IMG/VR virus record: IMGVR_UViG_3300013121_000023
Span: 32,001-96,000 of that record
DNA from: a virus
Taxonomy: Duplodnaviria; Caudoviricetes
Reading direction: 5' to 3' (one strand)
Length of the DNA: 64,000 nt
In this document: positions 9,867 to 19,845 of the stretch, in pieces
Layout: the number at the start of each line of letters is the position of its first letter
Position numbering within the stretch: position 1 is the stretch's first letter
Notes under the pieces: model-generated
Databases searched by the model: none
What the model saw: only the letters and a program-made list of their open reading frames with translations
Told to the model about the DNA's origin: nothing
Program-made: the position numbers and the translations under genes

Positions 9867-10414
9867 TGGAACAGCGTAGCGGTAGCCTAACTATTCCTAA
9901 AGGCGTTGGACCCAAAGGCGTTGGTGAAATAATAGCCAACCTCCTACTGTCCAACCCGTTCATATATACTTTCGATGTGAACGCTAGAGGTGTCCTTAGC
10001 TACCGCTACACTGTTAAGCCGGGTAGTGAGGAGCCTAGACCAGCTCTTAATATCGAAGGTTATACACCACAGGCAGTTGTAGCCAATGCGGATATGCGAG
10101 ATGTTCCTTATGACGAAAACGTAAGTGCCCACATAGTTCTGAAAAATGTATTTGATGCTATGAGCAGGGACAGGCTGTATGTAACTTGTTTCATAGCTGC
10201 CAGAAACTCGCCGTTCATGCTCTGGCTGTACCCTGAAGAGAAGACGCAAATACGTCCAAGTACTCTACTAGGGTACCCAGTGTATGAAGATCCCACTCTG
10301 CCCAAAGAGCGAATACTCCTGTGCGCCTCTGAGATACCTATGGGGTATATGCCTGATACGAGCGTCATCTACAACATATTCATGAATGGAGTAAGTGATG
10401 CATCGGTCTTGTAA
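9866..10414 (+). CDS. Hypothetical protein
   Basis: Operon-packed 182-aa ORF. Confidence 0.65.
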   Translation: MEQRSGSLTIPKGVGPKGVGEIIANLLLSNPFIYTFDVNARGVLSYRYTVKPGSEEPRPALNIEGYTPQAVVANADMRDVPYDENVSAHIVLKNVFDAMSRDRLYVTCFIAARNSPFMLWLYPEEKTQIRPSTLLGYPVYEDPTLPKERILLCASEIPMGYMPDTSVIYNIFMNGVSDASVL

Positions 10415-10895
10415 GATACTAATAGATTCTGGGGTAATTCCATCTAGTGTCGTAAGTGAGTTTACACGCTGGAAGACGCCTGGCGTCATGGTTTTCGATA
10501 CAGCAGAAGAAGTTGGGTCTGATAAAGTAGAAGACCCAGCTCTTCTCGTAGAAAAACTAAAAAGAGAAAATGAAGTAACGCCGGATATCATAGTCATGGA
10601 CTTTGATATCATGAGTCAGTTTTTCAGAACTAGAAGTTATGGAAAGCTGTTCATAGCCGGTACAGCGCCAGCTATACCTATAGAATTTGGATTGATAGCT
10701 GTAGGTAAAAAGCGTCTCTATATACTACCTAGTCCTAACCTTAGCCCAGATAACGTGGACTTTTTGGTAGAGGATATACTTGCCGACGGTCTTACTTATC
10801 TTGAGTATGGCAACGTCAAAGTGTACTTCACTGAGGTTAGTGAAGTCATGTCCGATGACAAAAAAGTGCTTGTGATATGCAAGCCATCGGAGTGA
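10395..10895 (+). CDS. Hypothetical protein
   Basis: ggag RBS; operon-packed. Confidence 0.65.
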   Translation: MMHRSCKILIDSGVIPSSVVSEFTRWKTPGVMVFDTAEEVGSDKVEDPALLVEKLKRENEVTPDIIVMDFDIMSQFFRTRSYGKLFIAGTAPAIPIEFGLIAVGKKRLYILPSPNLSPDNVDFLVEDILADGLTYLEYGNVKVYFTEVSEVMSDDKKVLVICKPSE

Positions 10896-10898
10896 CAA

Positions 10899-11375
10899 AT
10901 GAGTCTTATACGTCAGCTGACCACAATGGGTGGGTTTGAACTAATACGCGATGACTCATCCGGCCCCGTAGCTAAGTATGTTGGTAGAGTTCTGAATAAA
11001 AAAGGAACTCCCGAATACGACAAATGGCTTTTCTGCGTTCACGCTGTGCTAAATACCTGCAACAACGTAGGTAGGGCAAACAACGTGGATATCTCTCAGC
11101 AAATATACCTAGATGACGATAACAAGCTCAGGTATGTTTGGCGGATAGTTTTGAAGGCCGACAGCGAAGAAGATCTGAGAGCGGTTCTAAATAGTTTGTC
11201 TGAGGCGGTAAAGAACATACCTATACCTAAGTCCGCTATAGAGACTACTACTGTGGCTACCGGTAGAAGAACTATGCAGGGTCAAAACGATCGCGGTAAA
11301 GGTGTCGCACTTACTGGTCAGGCTAGAGTCGGTCCCTTGCTTCAGGGACAGCTAGCAGCTTCTAGGAGAATGTTA
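10899..11375 (+). CDS. Hypothetical protein (ends TTA 11373-11375, immediately followed by TGA)
   Basis: TTATGA junction with next gene. Confidence 0.65.
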
Positions 11376-12049
11376 TGAGTGGTCATATAAATGGTGCTCT
11401 AACTGTCAAAAGGGCCACGGAGGAAGAGAATTATCTCTTTGGTGAAATACTCTCACCGGAAGAGCGAGAGCGTCTAAATGGAAAGATAGAGGCTCTTCAA
11501 AAGCTGTTCTCCCTCGGTGACAAGACCAAGGTTCTGGGTACGTATAGGATTCATCTTATATTTGATGAAGAGCGCTCTATGCATCGCCCATACAGGGGTC
11601 TTGTGACCTTTTGGGTGAGCATGCGTAAGATGGATTCTGGTAGTGCCATGAGCATGTCTATTTGTCCTACAGAAGGTTGTGACAGACCATTTTTTGAGGG
11701 TCCACAAAACGGCGTATATGGATGCCCTAAATGCGGTAAGTCGTACAAGGGTACGCAGGTAAAGGACACCATATTTGCTAGGCTAACTACGCAGAACTGG
11801 GCAGATTTGGTGCTCAAGTGGTTTCTGGCTTTCAATAGCGACGCAGACGTGCAGATTACCTATTCTCCCAAAGATATTAGGGCAGCCACACAGCTAGAGA
11901 TTGCTAAAGACAGAAGGGGAGAAGAGATAAGGAAGGTTCAGAAAGAGATGACTACGCGCGAGTCTATCTTTCCGTTTGGCAGCATAGTCAAGGCTGCTTC
12001 TAATGGGGCGCCTCTACATAGACTCTTTATGAACTACATAAACGCATGA
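11375..12049 (+). CDS. Zinc-binding hypothetical protein
   Basis: CPTEGC...CPKC. Confidence 0.65.
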   Translation: MSGHINGALTVKRATEEENYLFGEILSPEERERLNGKIEALQKLFSLGDKTKVLGTYRIHLIFDEERSMHRPYRGLVTFWVSMRKMDSGSAMSMSICPTEGCDRPFFEGPQNGVYGCPKCGKSYKGTQVKDTIFARLTTQNWADLVLKWFLAFNSDADVQITYSPKDIRAATQLEIAKDRRGEEIRKVQKEMTTRESIFPFGSIVKAASNGAPLHRLFMNYINA

Positions 12050-12288
12050 ACGAAGACAAAAAGAAAGCCGCGTATAAGGTTGCTGTGTACGAGGCCGTAA
12101 TGAAGTATCTAGCCAGCAACTACGTAAAGCGCGATGTAACGGCCCCGTTCACACTTATATGTGAAGATGTCATTTACAAAGATCGCGTTGTACCGCAGGA
12201 TACGTTCTTGGAAGTGTTGGCTGTGATTTCTTCGTTGAAAGACCAGTCCAAAAAAGAATACGAAGCGTATGTGGAGATAAAGGAGTAA
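12046..12288 (+). CDS. Hypothetical protein
   Basis: ATGA-coupled small ORF. Confidence 0.6.
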   Translation: MNEDKKKAAYKVAVYEAVMKYLASNYVKRDVTAPFTLICEDVIYKDRVVPQDTFLEVLAVISSLKDQSKKEYEAYVEIKE

Positions 12289-12290
12289 TC

Positions 12291-12812
12291 ATGGCTAACA
12301 GACATGAGAGGCGTAAGCAGGAAGCTGTGGGTAGGAAGTCTCAGGCAGACAAGGATGGTCTGTCGGCTGACGTTAAGATGAGCATGATAGCTGCTCGTCT
12401 GAAATCGTTTGAAGCAGCGCTGGTGGAATCAAATAGGTCGGTAGTCAGTATGTTTCAGCGTATTGACTCATCGCTTATTGTTCACGCAAAGATGCTGGGA
12501 GACCTCAGCCTTGGTGTTGTGGGGGCACATACATCCAAGAAGCCGTGGAACCCTAGCGATGTATCTGGTCCCATGGCTCAGTATTTGCCGTATCATCACG
12601 ATGAATCCGGCCGCATAGACATGTTTGCCTATTTCAAAGAAATCCAGCTGGTGCTTGCTTATTTGGATTTCTTTGTAGTGCTAAAAGAAGAGTTGGCAAA
12701 AGACAGTAAGTCTCTGGAAACAGAGAAAAAGGCCGTAGAGGAAGAGTTGAGTTCTTTCGATATGGTTTATGATGGAGGTGACCATGGAGCCGTCAACGAA
12801 GCGTCGCCCTAA
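12291..12812 (+). CDS. Hypothetical protein
   Basis: aaggag RBS; NRHERR N-terminus. Confidence 0.65.
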   Translation: MANRHERRKQEAVGRKSQADKDGLSADVKMSMIAARLKSFEAALVESNRSVVSMFQRIDSSLIVHAKMLGDLSLGVVGAHTSKKPWNPSDVSGPMAQYLPYHHDESGRIDMFAYFKEIQLVLAYLDFFVVLKEELAKDSKSLETEKKAVEEELSSFDMVYDGGDHGAVNEASP

Positions 12813-12978
12813 GCGCATCACCTCAACAGGTGTAAAGGTTCTCAAGGAGCCAGACAGCGGTATGGACACTTTCACCTGTGAATGTGGTGCTGCTGCCCTA
12901 CCGTTTTATGATTCAACCGGCAAGAAGATGTATCATTGCGGCAGGTGTCAGAAGAAGTACAAACCTCTAAACTTCTGA
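12784..12978 (+). CDS. Small zinc-ribbon protein
   Basis: ggaggtg RBS; CECG...CGRC. Confidence 0.6.
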   Translation: MEPSTKRRPKRITSTGVKVLKEPDSGMDTFTCECGAAALPFYDSTGKKMYHCGRCQKKYKPLNF

Positions 12979-12988
12979 GGGTTTTGTT

Positions 12989-15166
12989 ATGCCGAACGTA
13001 CCTGTTGATTCGTTTCTAGATGGATTTGAGTCCGAGTTGCTCGGCATAACTAAAGCAGCTTCAGGAGAAGACTCGACTGACGCTGCTCCAAAAGTAAGTC
13101 CTTATCTAGAAGACTATGGTGGGTCTAAACCTACTTCTTCTAGAGTGGATATACCTGATATATACGGTGTGCCAGGCAGGAAGAATACTCGTCTGAGAAA
13201 ACATACAATAAATAAAAGCATCATAAGTGACATACTTGAAAACAAAAGAGAAGAATTGTCTGGTAGAGAAGATCAGGAAAGAATAAATAAACTAAAGAAG
13301 GGTGCTTATCATGCGGCGCTAGCTTCTCCTTTTGCAAGTCTTCCAAAAGGGGTTATTGACTGGCTGGATAAAACTCCAGAAGGAGTAGACCCTCTTGAGT
13401 TGACCGGTATAGATAAGCTAAAGGCTTTGCATGGCGGTAAGTATCACGAGGCATTGATAAAAAAGATAAATGAAACTGCTGACCATGCAGAAAAAGTTAA
13501 GCTGTTTCAAGAGCTAGGTAGAGCAGAAGAAAAAGCACATAATCTTCAAAAGATAACAGCTCTTACGGGGCACCTAGCAACAAAAATACCGGGTAAAGTT
13601 ATTCCGTATGCACTTGCTAGTGCCGGTATAGGAGCCTTGGGTAAAGGTGGGGCTGGTGCGCAAAAACAAGCTCTCAGAGATAAATATCTTAAGTCTTTTG
13701 AAAAAGACAACCTGAGTGAAGAAGATCAGGATAAGCTGCTAGCCAGCCGGTCTAATGTAGCCGCTAGACTACATGTAGACAGCGGTTTGACGGACAAAGT
13801 AACGGCTGGTGACGCTACAAAGGCTTTGTTGGGTGGTGGTGCCTTGGCTGGTGCTACGGCTGGATCTGCTAAGGGTACGCTAGAGAGGTTGCTAGGCGCT
13901 CAACGCTTTTGGCACGGCACAACTAGCGAATCTGGCAAGAACATACTGGAGACAGGTCTAGATCCTGGTTACGGCGGTCGTGTTGGAGGCGCTGCCTGGA
14001 GAGAAACAGCCAGACACAACTTCGCTAATGATCTAGAAAAGCTAATGAATATTGATGTAGCTAAAGATTATTATGGAGAGGGTGCTAAGTACAAACAAAT
14101 AACTGAAAAGAAAATGGATCTCTTGTCTAAACTACAGTCTCTAGGTCTACCGGCTGACCAAGAGAGTGCGCTTATTGGTCATCTAGATCCGACGACGCCA
14201 CATCTCGGACACCTAGACGGTCTAGCTGAGGTAATAAAAAAAGTACGTCCAGGCGTTCGCTCTGATGCTGCTACTCAAGCTGCCCTAAGAAAGGGCAGCT
14301 CTGGGTCAGTTCTTAAGTACCTTGCGAATATGCCAAGTATGCTAGCGAATTTGAACGACCCTGAAAAAATGGACGAGGCAGTTCGCAGGGTATTTGACGC
14401 AGATAAAATGAGAGAAGCTATTGCTTTTCTAGATGATACTCCACTTGCAAACATAGACGCCTCTAATTTCCAAAGAGATGCAGAAGGAAGGGCTTACGTA
14501 GGTATATCTAAATCCGGGCCTAAAGCGTACGCTCGAATGCAAGATCCAGAGGCGTATGCGCGTATGGCCGACAAAGCTCTGAAACCAGATGAGAACGCAT
14601 CTTTGCTGGATAGGCTCAAGGCTGGCCTGAACTATTTTACAGGCTCTACAGAAGAGCCTACACTCATCGGCGGCGTCATGCCGCATGACAAGTTCAGAGC
14701 CACGTTTGAGTCTGATAAAGACGATACCCGGCAGCTAGGCACTGCGTGGCGTACCAACGACGCTAACAGGGTTATTCCTTACCCAGAGGGAAGACCTACA
14801 GCGTATCACACACCTACGGGCGTTATCGGTCCTGAGAACCTAGCTAAAGAGGATGTATCTCTAGCGCAGATACTAAAGAACCGCGCTACCAATATGGGTG
14901 ACTATATAAGAGGTTCTTACCTACCGGCAGAGGAGAGGATGCTTGGTCTCAACAAACGATTCCTATCTGGTCTTGGTAGGGTTGGTGCTCTTGCTGGTAC
15001 TGGCGCAGCGGCTTATCAGTTCGGCGCTAAACCGATGCTAGACAAGCTGAGAGGTAAGCATGTTGTGACTCCAGTCGCAGATACTTCTGCGATGGCGGCA
15101 GAGCAGCTTCGCAAATATCAAGAGGAAGAAGCTGCTAGAAAAGCAGCACAGCCTCAGCCAGCTTGA
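12989..15166 (+). CDS. Putative virion-internal protein with ADP-ribosyltransferase-like domain
   Basis: RFWHGTTSESGKNILETGLDP and later AYVGISKSGPKAYA (H/Y-type ART pattern); N-terminal F..EL...KAA motif. Confidence 0.55.
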   Translation: MPNVPVDSFLDGFESELLGITKAASGEDSTDAAPKVSPYLEDYGGSKPTSSRVDIPDIYGVPGRKNTRLRKHTINKSIISDILENKREELSGREDQERINKLKKGAYHAALASPFASLPKGVIDWLDKTPEGVDPLELTGIDKLKALHGGKYHEALIKKINETADHAEKVKLFQELGRAEEKAHNLQKITALTGHLATKIPGKVIPYALASAGIGALGKGGAGAQKQALRDKYLKSFEKDNLSEEDQDKLLASRSNVAARLHVDSGLTDKVTAGDATKALLGGGALAGATAGSAKGTLERLLGAQRFWHGTTSESGKNILETGLDPGYGGRVGGAAWRETARHNFANDLEKLMNIDVAKDYYGEGAKYKQITEKKMDLLSKLQSLGLPADQESALIGHLDPTTPHLGHLDGLAEVIKKVRPGVRSDAATQAALRKGSSGSVLKYLANMPSMLANLNDPEKMDEAVRRVFDADKMREAIAFLDDTPLANIDASNFQRDAEGRAYVGISKSGPKAYARMQDPEAYARMADKALKPDENASLLDRLKAGLNYFTGSTEEPTLIGGVMPHDKFRATFESDKDDTRQLGTAWRTNDANRVIPYPEGRPTAYHTPTGVIGPENLAKEDVSLAQILKNRATNMGDYIRGSYLPAEERMLGLNKRFLSGLGRVGALAGTGAAAYQFGAKPMLDKLRGKHVVTPVADTSAMAAEQLRKYQEEEAARKAAQPQPA

Positions 15167-15167
15167 G

Positions 15168-15214
15168 TAGCTAAAGAAGAACACTAAATGGCAGGCTCTC
15201 TCAGCCTGCCATTT
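15168..15214. terminator. Bidirectional terminator with TTTAGCTAC tail on minus strand
   Basis: 12-bp stem aaatggcaggct/agcctgccattt (15186-15214) between convergent genes. Confidence 0.85.
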
Positions 15215-15220
15215 TGTTTT

Positions 15221-16081
15221 TCACGTTAGCTTCTTAACTATCAATTCATTGTTTATGAAATCCTGTATATACGCAGGGTATTTCACTAGTGTGTACTTCA
15301 GGTCTCTAACAATTGATTGCCTATCGGCATATTTATGACTACAGATATAGCGTATTTTGTATATACAGATAAGAACCTCTATGTTGTCGTCCATCCACAT
15401 GATTGGAAGTACCGGGTTTCTGAACAGTGCCATTAGCATACTGCCCCAATATATTTTATAATTGTTAATGCTAACAGTACTGTCTACTTTACGGGTACAT
15501 ATGCTTTTAAGATCTTCCAAGGTTGAAACATTTTCAAGATCGTTGATTACACTCAGTATTGTTGAATCATTGGGTTGTACGTACCACCAAGGTTCACTTA
15601 CGCCACTCAGTGCGTAGGTGCCTCTTATGTACGATCTGTACGCTTCTATCGTTGAAGCATCTGTTTTCTCTTTGGAAGAAAACCTCTTCGGAACACAGGC
15701 TACAAAGGTAGTTCTACTACCAAAAGGTGGCTTAGTACCGTGTTTCATAACATGCCTTAGCATGCGCAGCCGACTCGAAAGATGCGCACTATCCAAAACG
15801 TCTCTGTGTATCGGTACTTTTCCGCCTACAATCTCTGTTATGTAGGACACAAACCAATCCCAATTACCACTGCTACGACCCAGCCACCGAACACATGGAT
15901 GGTTAGGTATCGATGTTATAAATGGTTTCTTTGTTGTCTGGCTTATTGGAGTGATTCCTCCGTTTTCCTTTGATATTTCTCCAAACATACCGATTGCGTC
16001 TTTGATTATGTCGCTCCTTTTATTCATTGGTACACAACGAGCTGACAGTATCGGGTCTTCGTCTGAAACAAGTATGTTCAT
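15221..16081 (-). CDS. Pyrimidine-dimer glycosylase (endonuclease V-like) domain fused to NPxLP paralog domain
   Basis: MNILVSDEDPILSA...NHPCVRW...NWDW recalls the Pyr_excise-like family; C-terminal ALFRNPVLPIMW. Confidence 0.55.
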   Translation of the reverse strand: MNILVSDEDPILSARCVPMNKRSDIIKDAIGMFGEISKENGGITPISQTTKKPFITSIPNHPCVRWLGRSSGNWDWFVSYITEIVGGKVPIHRDVLDSAHLSSRLRMLRHVMKHGTKPPFGSRTTFVACVPKRFSSKEKTDASTIEAYRSYIRGTYALSGVSEPWWYVQPNDSTILSVINDLENVSTLEDLKSICTRKVDSTVSINNYKIYWGSMLMALFRNPVLPIMWMDDNIEVLICIYKIRYICSHKYADRQSIVRDLKYTLVKYPAYIQDFINNELIVKKLT

Positions 16082-16107
16082 ACTCAACACCTGCCTAGGT
16101 CGGTACT

Positions 16108-16527
16108 TCATCTTTTTGCTCTTTTTCTGAGATGGTCTTTTACGTAGTTAGGTATCACTTCGCTATAGTTGCTATCCAGCCAAGCTACTACATCTTTCAA
16201 TACCAATTCTATTCCATGATCTACATCATGATCCAAGTTATCTATCAGTGTTTTTATAGCACCCACCATACACGATGCGATAATGTCGGCTTCCTTTTCA
16301 TTTGTAAATAGTACCGGTAGCACAGGATTACTTAGTAGGGCGTTCATGTACTCAGACAAAACTTCCTGGCTGGAAAACGCATTGATAATAAACATATCGT
16401 TAAACAACCGGCTTATGCTTTCCGCACTATCAGCTTCGTTTGTTCTCTGTATATACCTCCTTATTACTATTTTTCTCATTACGTGGTTTATTTTACTGTT
16501 TTCTATCACTATCATGGGCTTATCCAA
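16108..16527 (-). CDS. NPxLP paralog family protein
   Basis: ADSAESI...ALLSNPVLPVLF. Confidence 0.7.
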   Translation of the reverse strand: MDKPMIVIENSKINHVMRKIVIRRYIQRTNEADSAESISRLFNDMFIINAFSSQEVLSEYMNALLSNPVLPVLFTNEKEADIIASCMVGAIKTLIDNLDHDVDHGIELVLKDVVAWLDSNYSEVIPNYVKDHLRKRAKR

Positions 16528-16910
16528 GTCATTGGAAACCTATCTTGCCTAGCCCTAGCGTAATCAACTATATATTGCGGTGCTCCTATAGATTTAAGGC
16601 AGTCAGCATCCATATAGTACCTTTTTTTAGCATCGGTATAGTACGTACCGGGTATTTCCGTTTTTTTCACGTAATTGTCGACCAAGGCATATCTAGTGCG
16701 TTTCACTATAGCTATCAGCGCCCTAAAGGTTTCATCCTCTCCCAGAAACCAGGCGATATGCAGCATCGGCATATTCATAATCCTTTTTAGTAGTTCTACT
16801 ATTTCTTCGCAGCTTAGCTTTGTGCTGATTGTTCTAGCGGTCAGTAGAAACCATTTTGGATTTTCTTCCTCAGCTAGTTTGTCTATTGCTTCCGCAAAAT
16901 AACTTGTCAT
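16512..16910 (-). CDS. NPxLP paralog family protein (divergent)
   Basis: RIMNMPMLHIAW; IGAPQYIVDY shared with 17400 (VGAPKYIIDH). Confidence 0.65.
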   Translation of the reverse strand: MTSYFAEAIDKLAEEENPKWFLLTARTISTKLSCEEIVELLKRIMNMPMLHIAWFLGEDETFRALIAIVKRTRYALVDNYVKKTEIPGTYYTDAKKRYYMDADCLKSIGAPQYIVDYARARQDRFPMTWISP

Positions 16911-17403
16911 AGCTGGCACTGTATGCGTCTAGCACTTCTTTGTATAGATTGATCGAGGCTTTAAACACCTTTTTGTTTACCTCTTCAAATGTTTTCTTCA
17001 TGTACATAGGTATGTTGATATGCGGACTACTTCTGTTTGTATCGCACAGTCGTATCCTTTGACTACTGGTATGTTCATACGTAAGTACTTTGACTTCAAT
17101 GAGTATGTACAATGCAGATGAGATCATATCCATGACCATACTGTGATGTTTTTGCATGCATATTCGTTCATAACCGATTGTTACGTAGGTACACTCCTCT
17201 GTGTATTCCATCCATATGACTGGTAGTACTGGGTTGTGGAGTAGCGCCACTACGTAGTCCCGGGAATATGTGTAATCCTGGGAATCATGAACTGTGTACG
17301 AGCGGCCACCGCCCTTCCCAAGTATCGATTCTATGGCATCGATAAGCTCCAGTGCTGTGTGGGCGTTATGTAGTGCATTTATATTGTCTTTTCTGTGCGT
17401 CAT
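16900..17403 (-). CDS. NPxLP paralog family protein (ends at TTA 16900-16902; 16870 standard)
   Basis: ALLHNPVLPVIW. Confidence 0.7.
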
Positions 17404-18128
17404 ATCAACGTATCCTCCAGATCGTCCAACATTTCTTTCAGGTTTTTTATTTCGTCTTTATTGATCTGAACGAAATGGTCTATTATGTACTTGGGAGCAC
17501 CTACTTCATGCAGTATTCTAACTGCGTAAAATTTGTGTACACTAACATTATTCATGTGTATTTTGATGCAGTCTATAAAAGAGGTGTCCAGTATGTCACT
17601 TATAATTGACTCCATTGAGTCCATATGATCGTGCCAAATAATGGGTAGGCACGGATTTTCTATTATTGCTCGCAGTAGCAGTATTAGTCGCAGTGAGGTT
17701 CCTCTCTGAACAGCTTTATTTATATTGATTTGTTTTTTGGCATTTTGTACCGCTATATTTATGCTAGGCGCTGAATCGGCTTCTACTATGGCTTGTAGTG
17801 CATCTGCTTCTTGTTCCGATTTAACTAGCTCTTTTATCGCTACTACCGGTATTGGTGTACTCGATTTATCCCAAGGTATGCTCCAGTGTACATTCAGATT
17901 TCTGTTCGTATTGTGAGCCTTTATACATCTTTCGCAAGTCACTACCCGTATGTCATTAGCGTACCTAAGTCCGTTTTGATTAATGTATATAGGAGGTTCT
18001 TCTATTGAATCGTTACACGGAGTACCTTTTCTTATAGTGGAAATGTCTTTCATGTTTGTGCAAGCCAGGTATATATCGTCATCCATAGCATTTACGCACA
18101 GATGTATGTATTCCGGTTGTTTCGTCAT
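17400..18128 (-). CDS. NPxLP paralog with N-terminal Cys/His (VTCxxC) domain
   Basis: IHL...VTCERC; AIIENPCLPIIW. Confidence 0.7.
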   Translation of the reverse strand: MTKQPEYIHLCVNAMDDDIYLACTNMKDISTIRKGTPCNDSIEEPPIYINQNGLRYANDIRVVTCERCIKAHNTNRNLNVHWSIPWDKSSTPIPVVAIKELVKSEQEADALQAIVEADSAPSINIAVQNAKKQININKAVQRGTSLRLILLLRAIIENPCLPIIWHDHMDSMESIISDILDTSFIDCIKIHMNNVSVHKFYAVRILHEVGAPKYIIDHFVQINKDEIKNLKEMLDDLEDTLI

Positions 18129-18901
18129 TTATTCATATATTTTGTCAGCGCCTTTATGGCAGTTGTTATTTTAGCTTCCGTTGATTCGTTAAACTTAATG
18201 AAATTGTGTTTTAGTTGCGGTGGAATACCCAACTTGTCCAATGTGTACATATTATACAAATAGAAGCAGTCTCTTATGGACTTGCTACAGCCCCAACGTG
18301 TGCCAGTTCTTAGTAGTGCTTCCTCTATATATGATAGTAGACACATTATGCTGTAATTGCCTGGATTGATGTACGCATCTCCAGTAACAGCTACTATTGG
18401 ATGTGTAAAAACTACCTTCATTACGTAAATAGCCACTGCCCTAGCTATTCTAGCCGCTGTATCTATATCTTTGATGTACTCGTTTGTGTATTCCAGTTCA
18501 CCGGCTACAGTCGATATAAGTACTATAATATCGTTTATGCTATCGGCCTCGGATAGTCCTCGGTCAAAAGAACTAATAGCGAAATTAAGCCGTTTCCCGA
18601 AATTATGACTATCGATAGTTCTAAATACAAGATAGTCCAACTCTTTTTTTACGTGGACAACATCAAACTCGTCGTAATTTTTTGGTGTGTTTACCCAGAC
18701 ATCGTTAGTAAAAGAGAATCCATCTACAAGCTCTATGCATTCTTCACATGTTACTTCTAGTTTGTTAACCGTCGCCAATACGTCTCTTTTATCTATACTA
18801 TATACGTATTTACCTGACACAAGCCTTATTGCAAGTGTTTCATTTGTACAAGGTATACGTGCTATCGACCCAGCGACGACGAACAAATGGATAGGTTCCA
18901 C
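18125..18901 (-). CDS. NPxLP paralog with N-terminal VTCxxC domain
   Basis: GTG start at 18901 after gaggaaagg; VTCEEC; EADSINDI...VFTHPIV. Confidence 0.65.
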   Translation of the reverse strand: MEPIHLFVVAGSIARIPCTNETLAIRLVSGKYVYSIDKRDVLATVNKLEVTCEECIELVDGFSFTNDVWVNTPKNYDEFDVVHVKKELDYLVFRTIDSHNFGKRLNFAISSFDRGLSEADSINDIIVLISTVAGELEYTNEYIKDIDTAARIARAVAIYVMKVVFTHPIVAVTGDAYINPGNYSIMCLLSYIEEALLRTGTRWGCSKSIRDCFYLYNMYTLDKLGIPPQLKHNFIKFNESTEAKITTAIKALTKYMNK

Positions 18902-18903
18902 GA

Positions 18904-19329
18904 TTAAAACCTTTCCTCGTAGAAACGAGACCACTCTTTCAGACTTCTGTCTTCCCGTATGTAATCATGGGTACCCAAATATATTAGGTAATCAGTGTCT
19001 TTGTCCAAAATAATCAAGTAATGCAGAATGTACTGTATGGTGTGAAGCACTATTCTCTTATCTTGTAGCCAGAGTATAGGTAGCACAGGTAGACGTATTA
19101 CGTGCTGCAACGCTTCTGTTGCTGATTTGATGACGTTACGCCTATCATCCTCTGTTAGTTTACTTATGTTACTGTCTACCCAAAGCCTATGCTGAAATCT
19201 ATTGGATCTGTCTTGTGTCGTCCACATTTTCAATTCTTGTATACTAGCAACATCATCCAGTATTTTTAGGTCTCCAAACATGTTTACAGTAGACCAATCA
19301 GTACTAACCGTCCTGCTCATAGTTTTCAA
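18904..19329 (-). CDS. NPxLP paralog family protein
   Basis: VASIQEL...VIRLPVLPILW. Confidence 0.65.
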   Translation of the reverse strand: MKTMSRTVSTDWSTVNMFGDLKILDDVASIQELKMWTTQDRSNRFQHRLWVDSNISKLTEDDRRNVIKSATEALQHVIRLPVLPILWLQDKRIVLHTIQYILHYLIILDKDTDYLIYLGTHDYIREDRSLKEWSRFYEERF

Positions 19330-19567
19330 TCCAGTTCCACAAACATACTTCTGCGTTTACAGGTTTTGTTTTATGCTTACCGCAGTGAATACACTCATAT
19401 ATAAATAGATAATAGTGTTGTTCTTTTTTGCATATCGAACATGGTCTTATCTGTATTTCTACACGCTCCTTGAAATGAAATACGTGCCTTGAGAAGAAGC
19501 ATTTGATCTTGTCCATGTAGGTGCTTTTGTGCTTTTCTTCTTCATGATGCTCTCTATATGGGTTCAT
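19304..19567 (-). CDS. Small Cys/His-rich zinc-finger protein, tandem paralog
   Basis: MNPYR start; CFFSRH, CSIC, CIHCG. Confidence 0.65.
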   Translation of the reverse strand: MNPYREHHEEEKHKSTYMDKIKCFFSRHVFHFKERVEIQIRPCSICKKEQHYYLFIYECIHCGKHKTKPVNAEVCLWNWIENYEQDG

Positions 19568-19845
19568 AAGTCCAGCATACCTCCTGGCATGTGCTCCCAG
19601 CATTTGTCATGCGAATATGGTTGAAGTGTTACTACGATTCCGCATCTGCTACATATTCGCGCAGTACGTGTATGCGTCTGTTGTGCTCCGCATACGTAAC
19701 AGCTAGCATCCTTGAACACTATCAGTTTTATCTTTTCGTGGTTGTGGCCAATCAGATTACATACCAGTTTTCGTATCCAGTCTACGGTAGTAGGTTTTTT
19801 CTCAGTAACATCCTCGTCTTTGTGTGCTTTTCTGTATGGGTTCAT
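19567..19845 (-). CDS. Small Cys/His-rich zinc-finger protein, tandem paralog (TTA-TGA end)
   Basis: MNPYR start; CNLIGH, CYVC, CSRCG; TTATG overlap. Confidence 0.65.
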
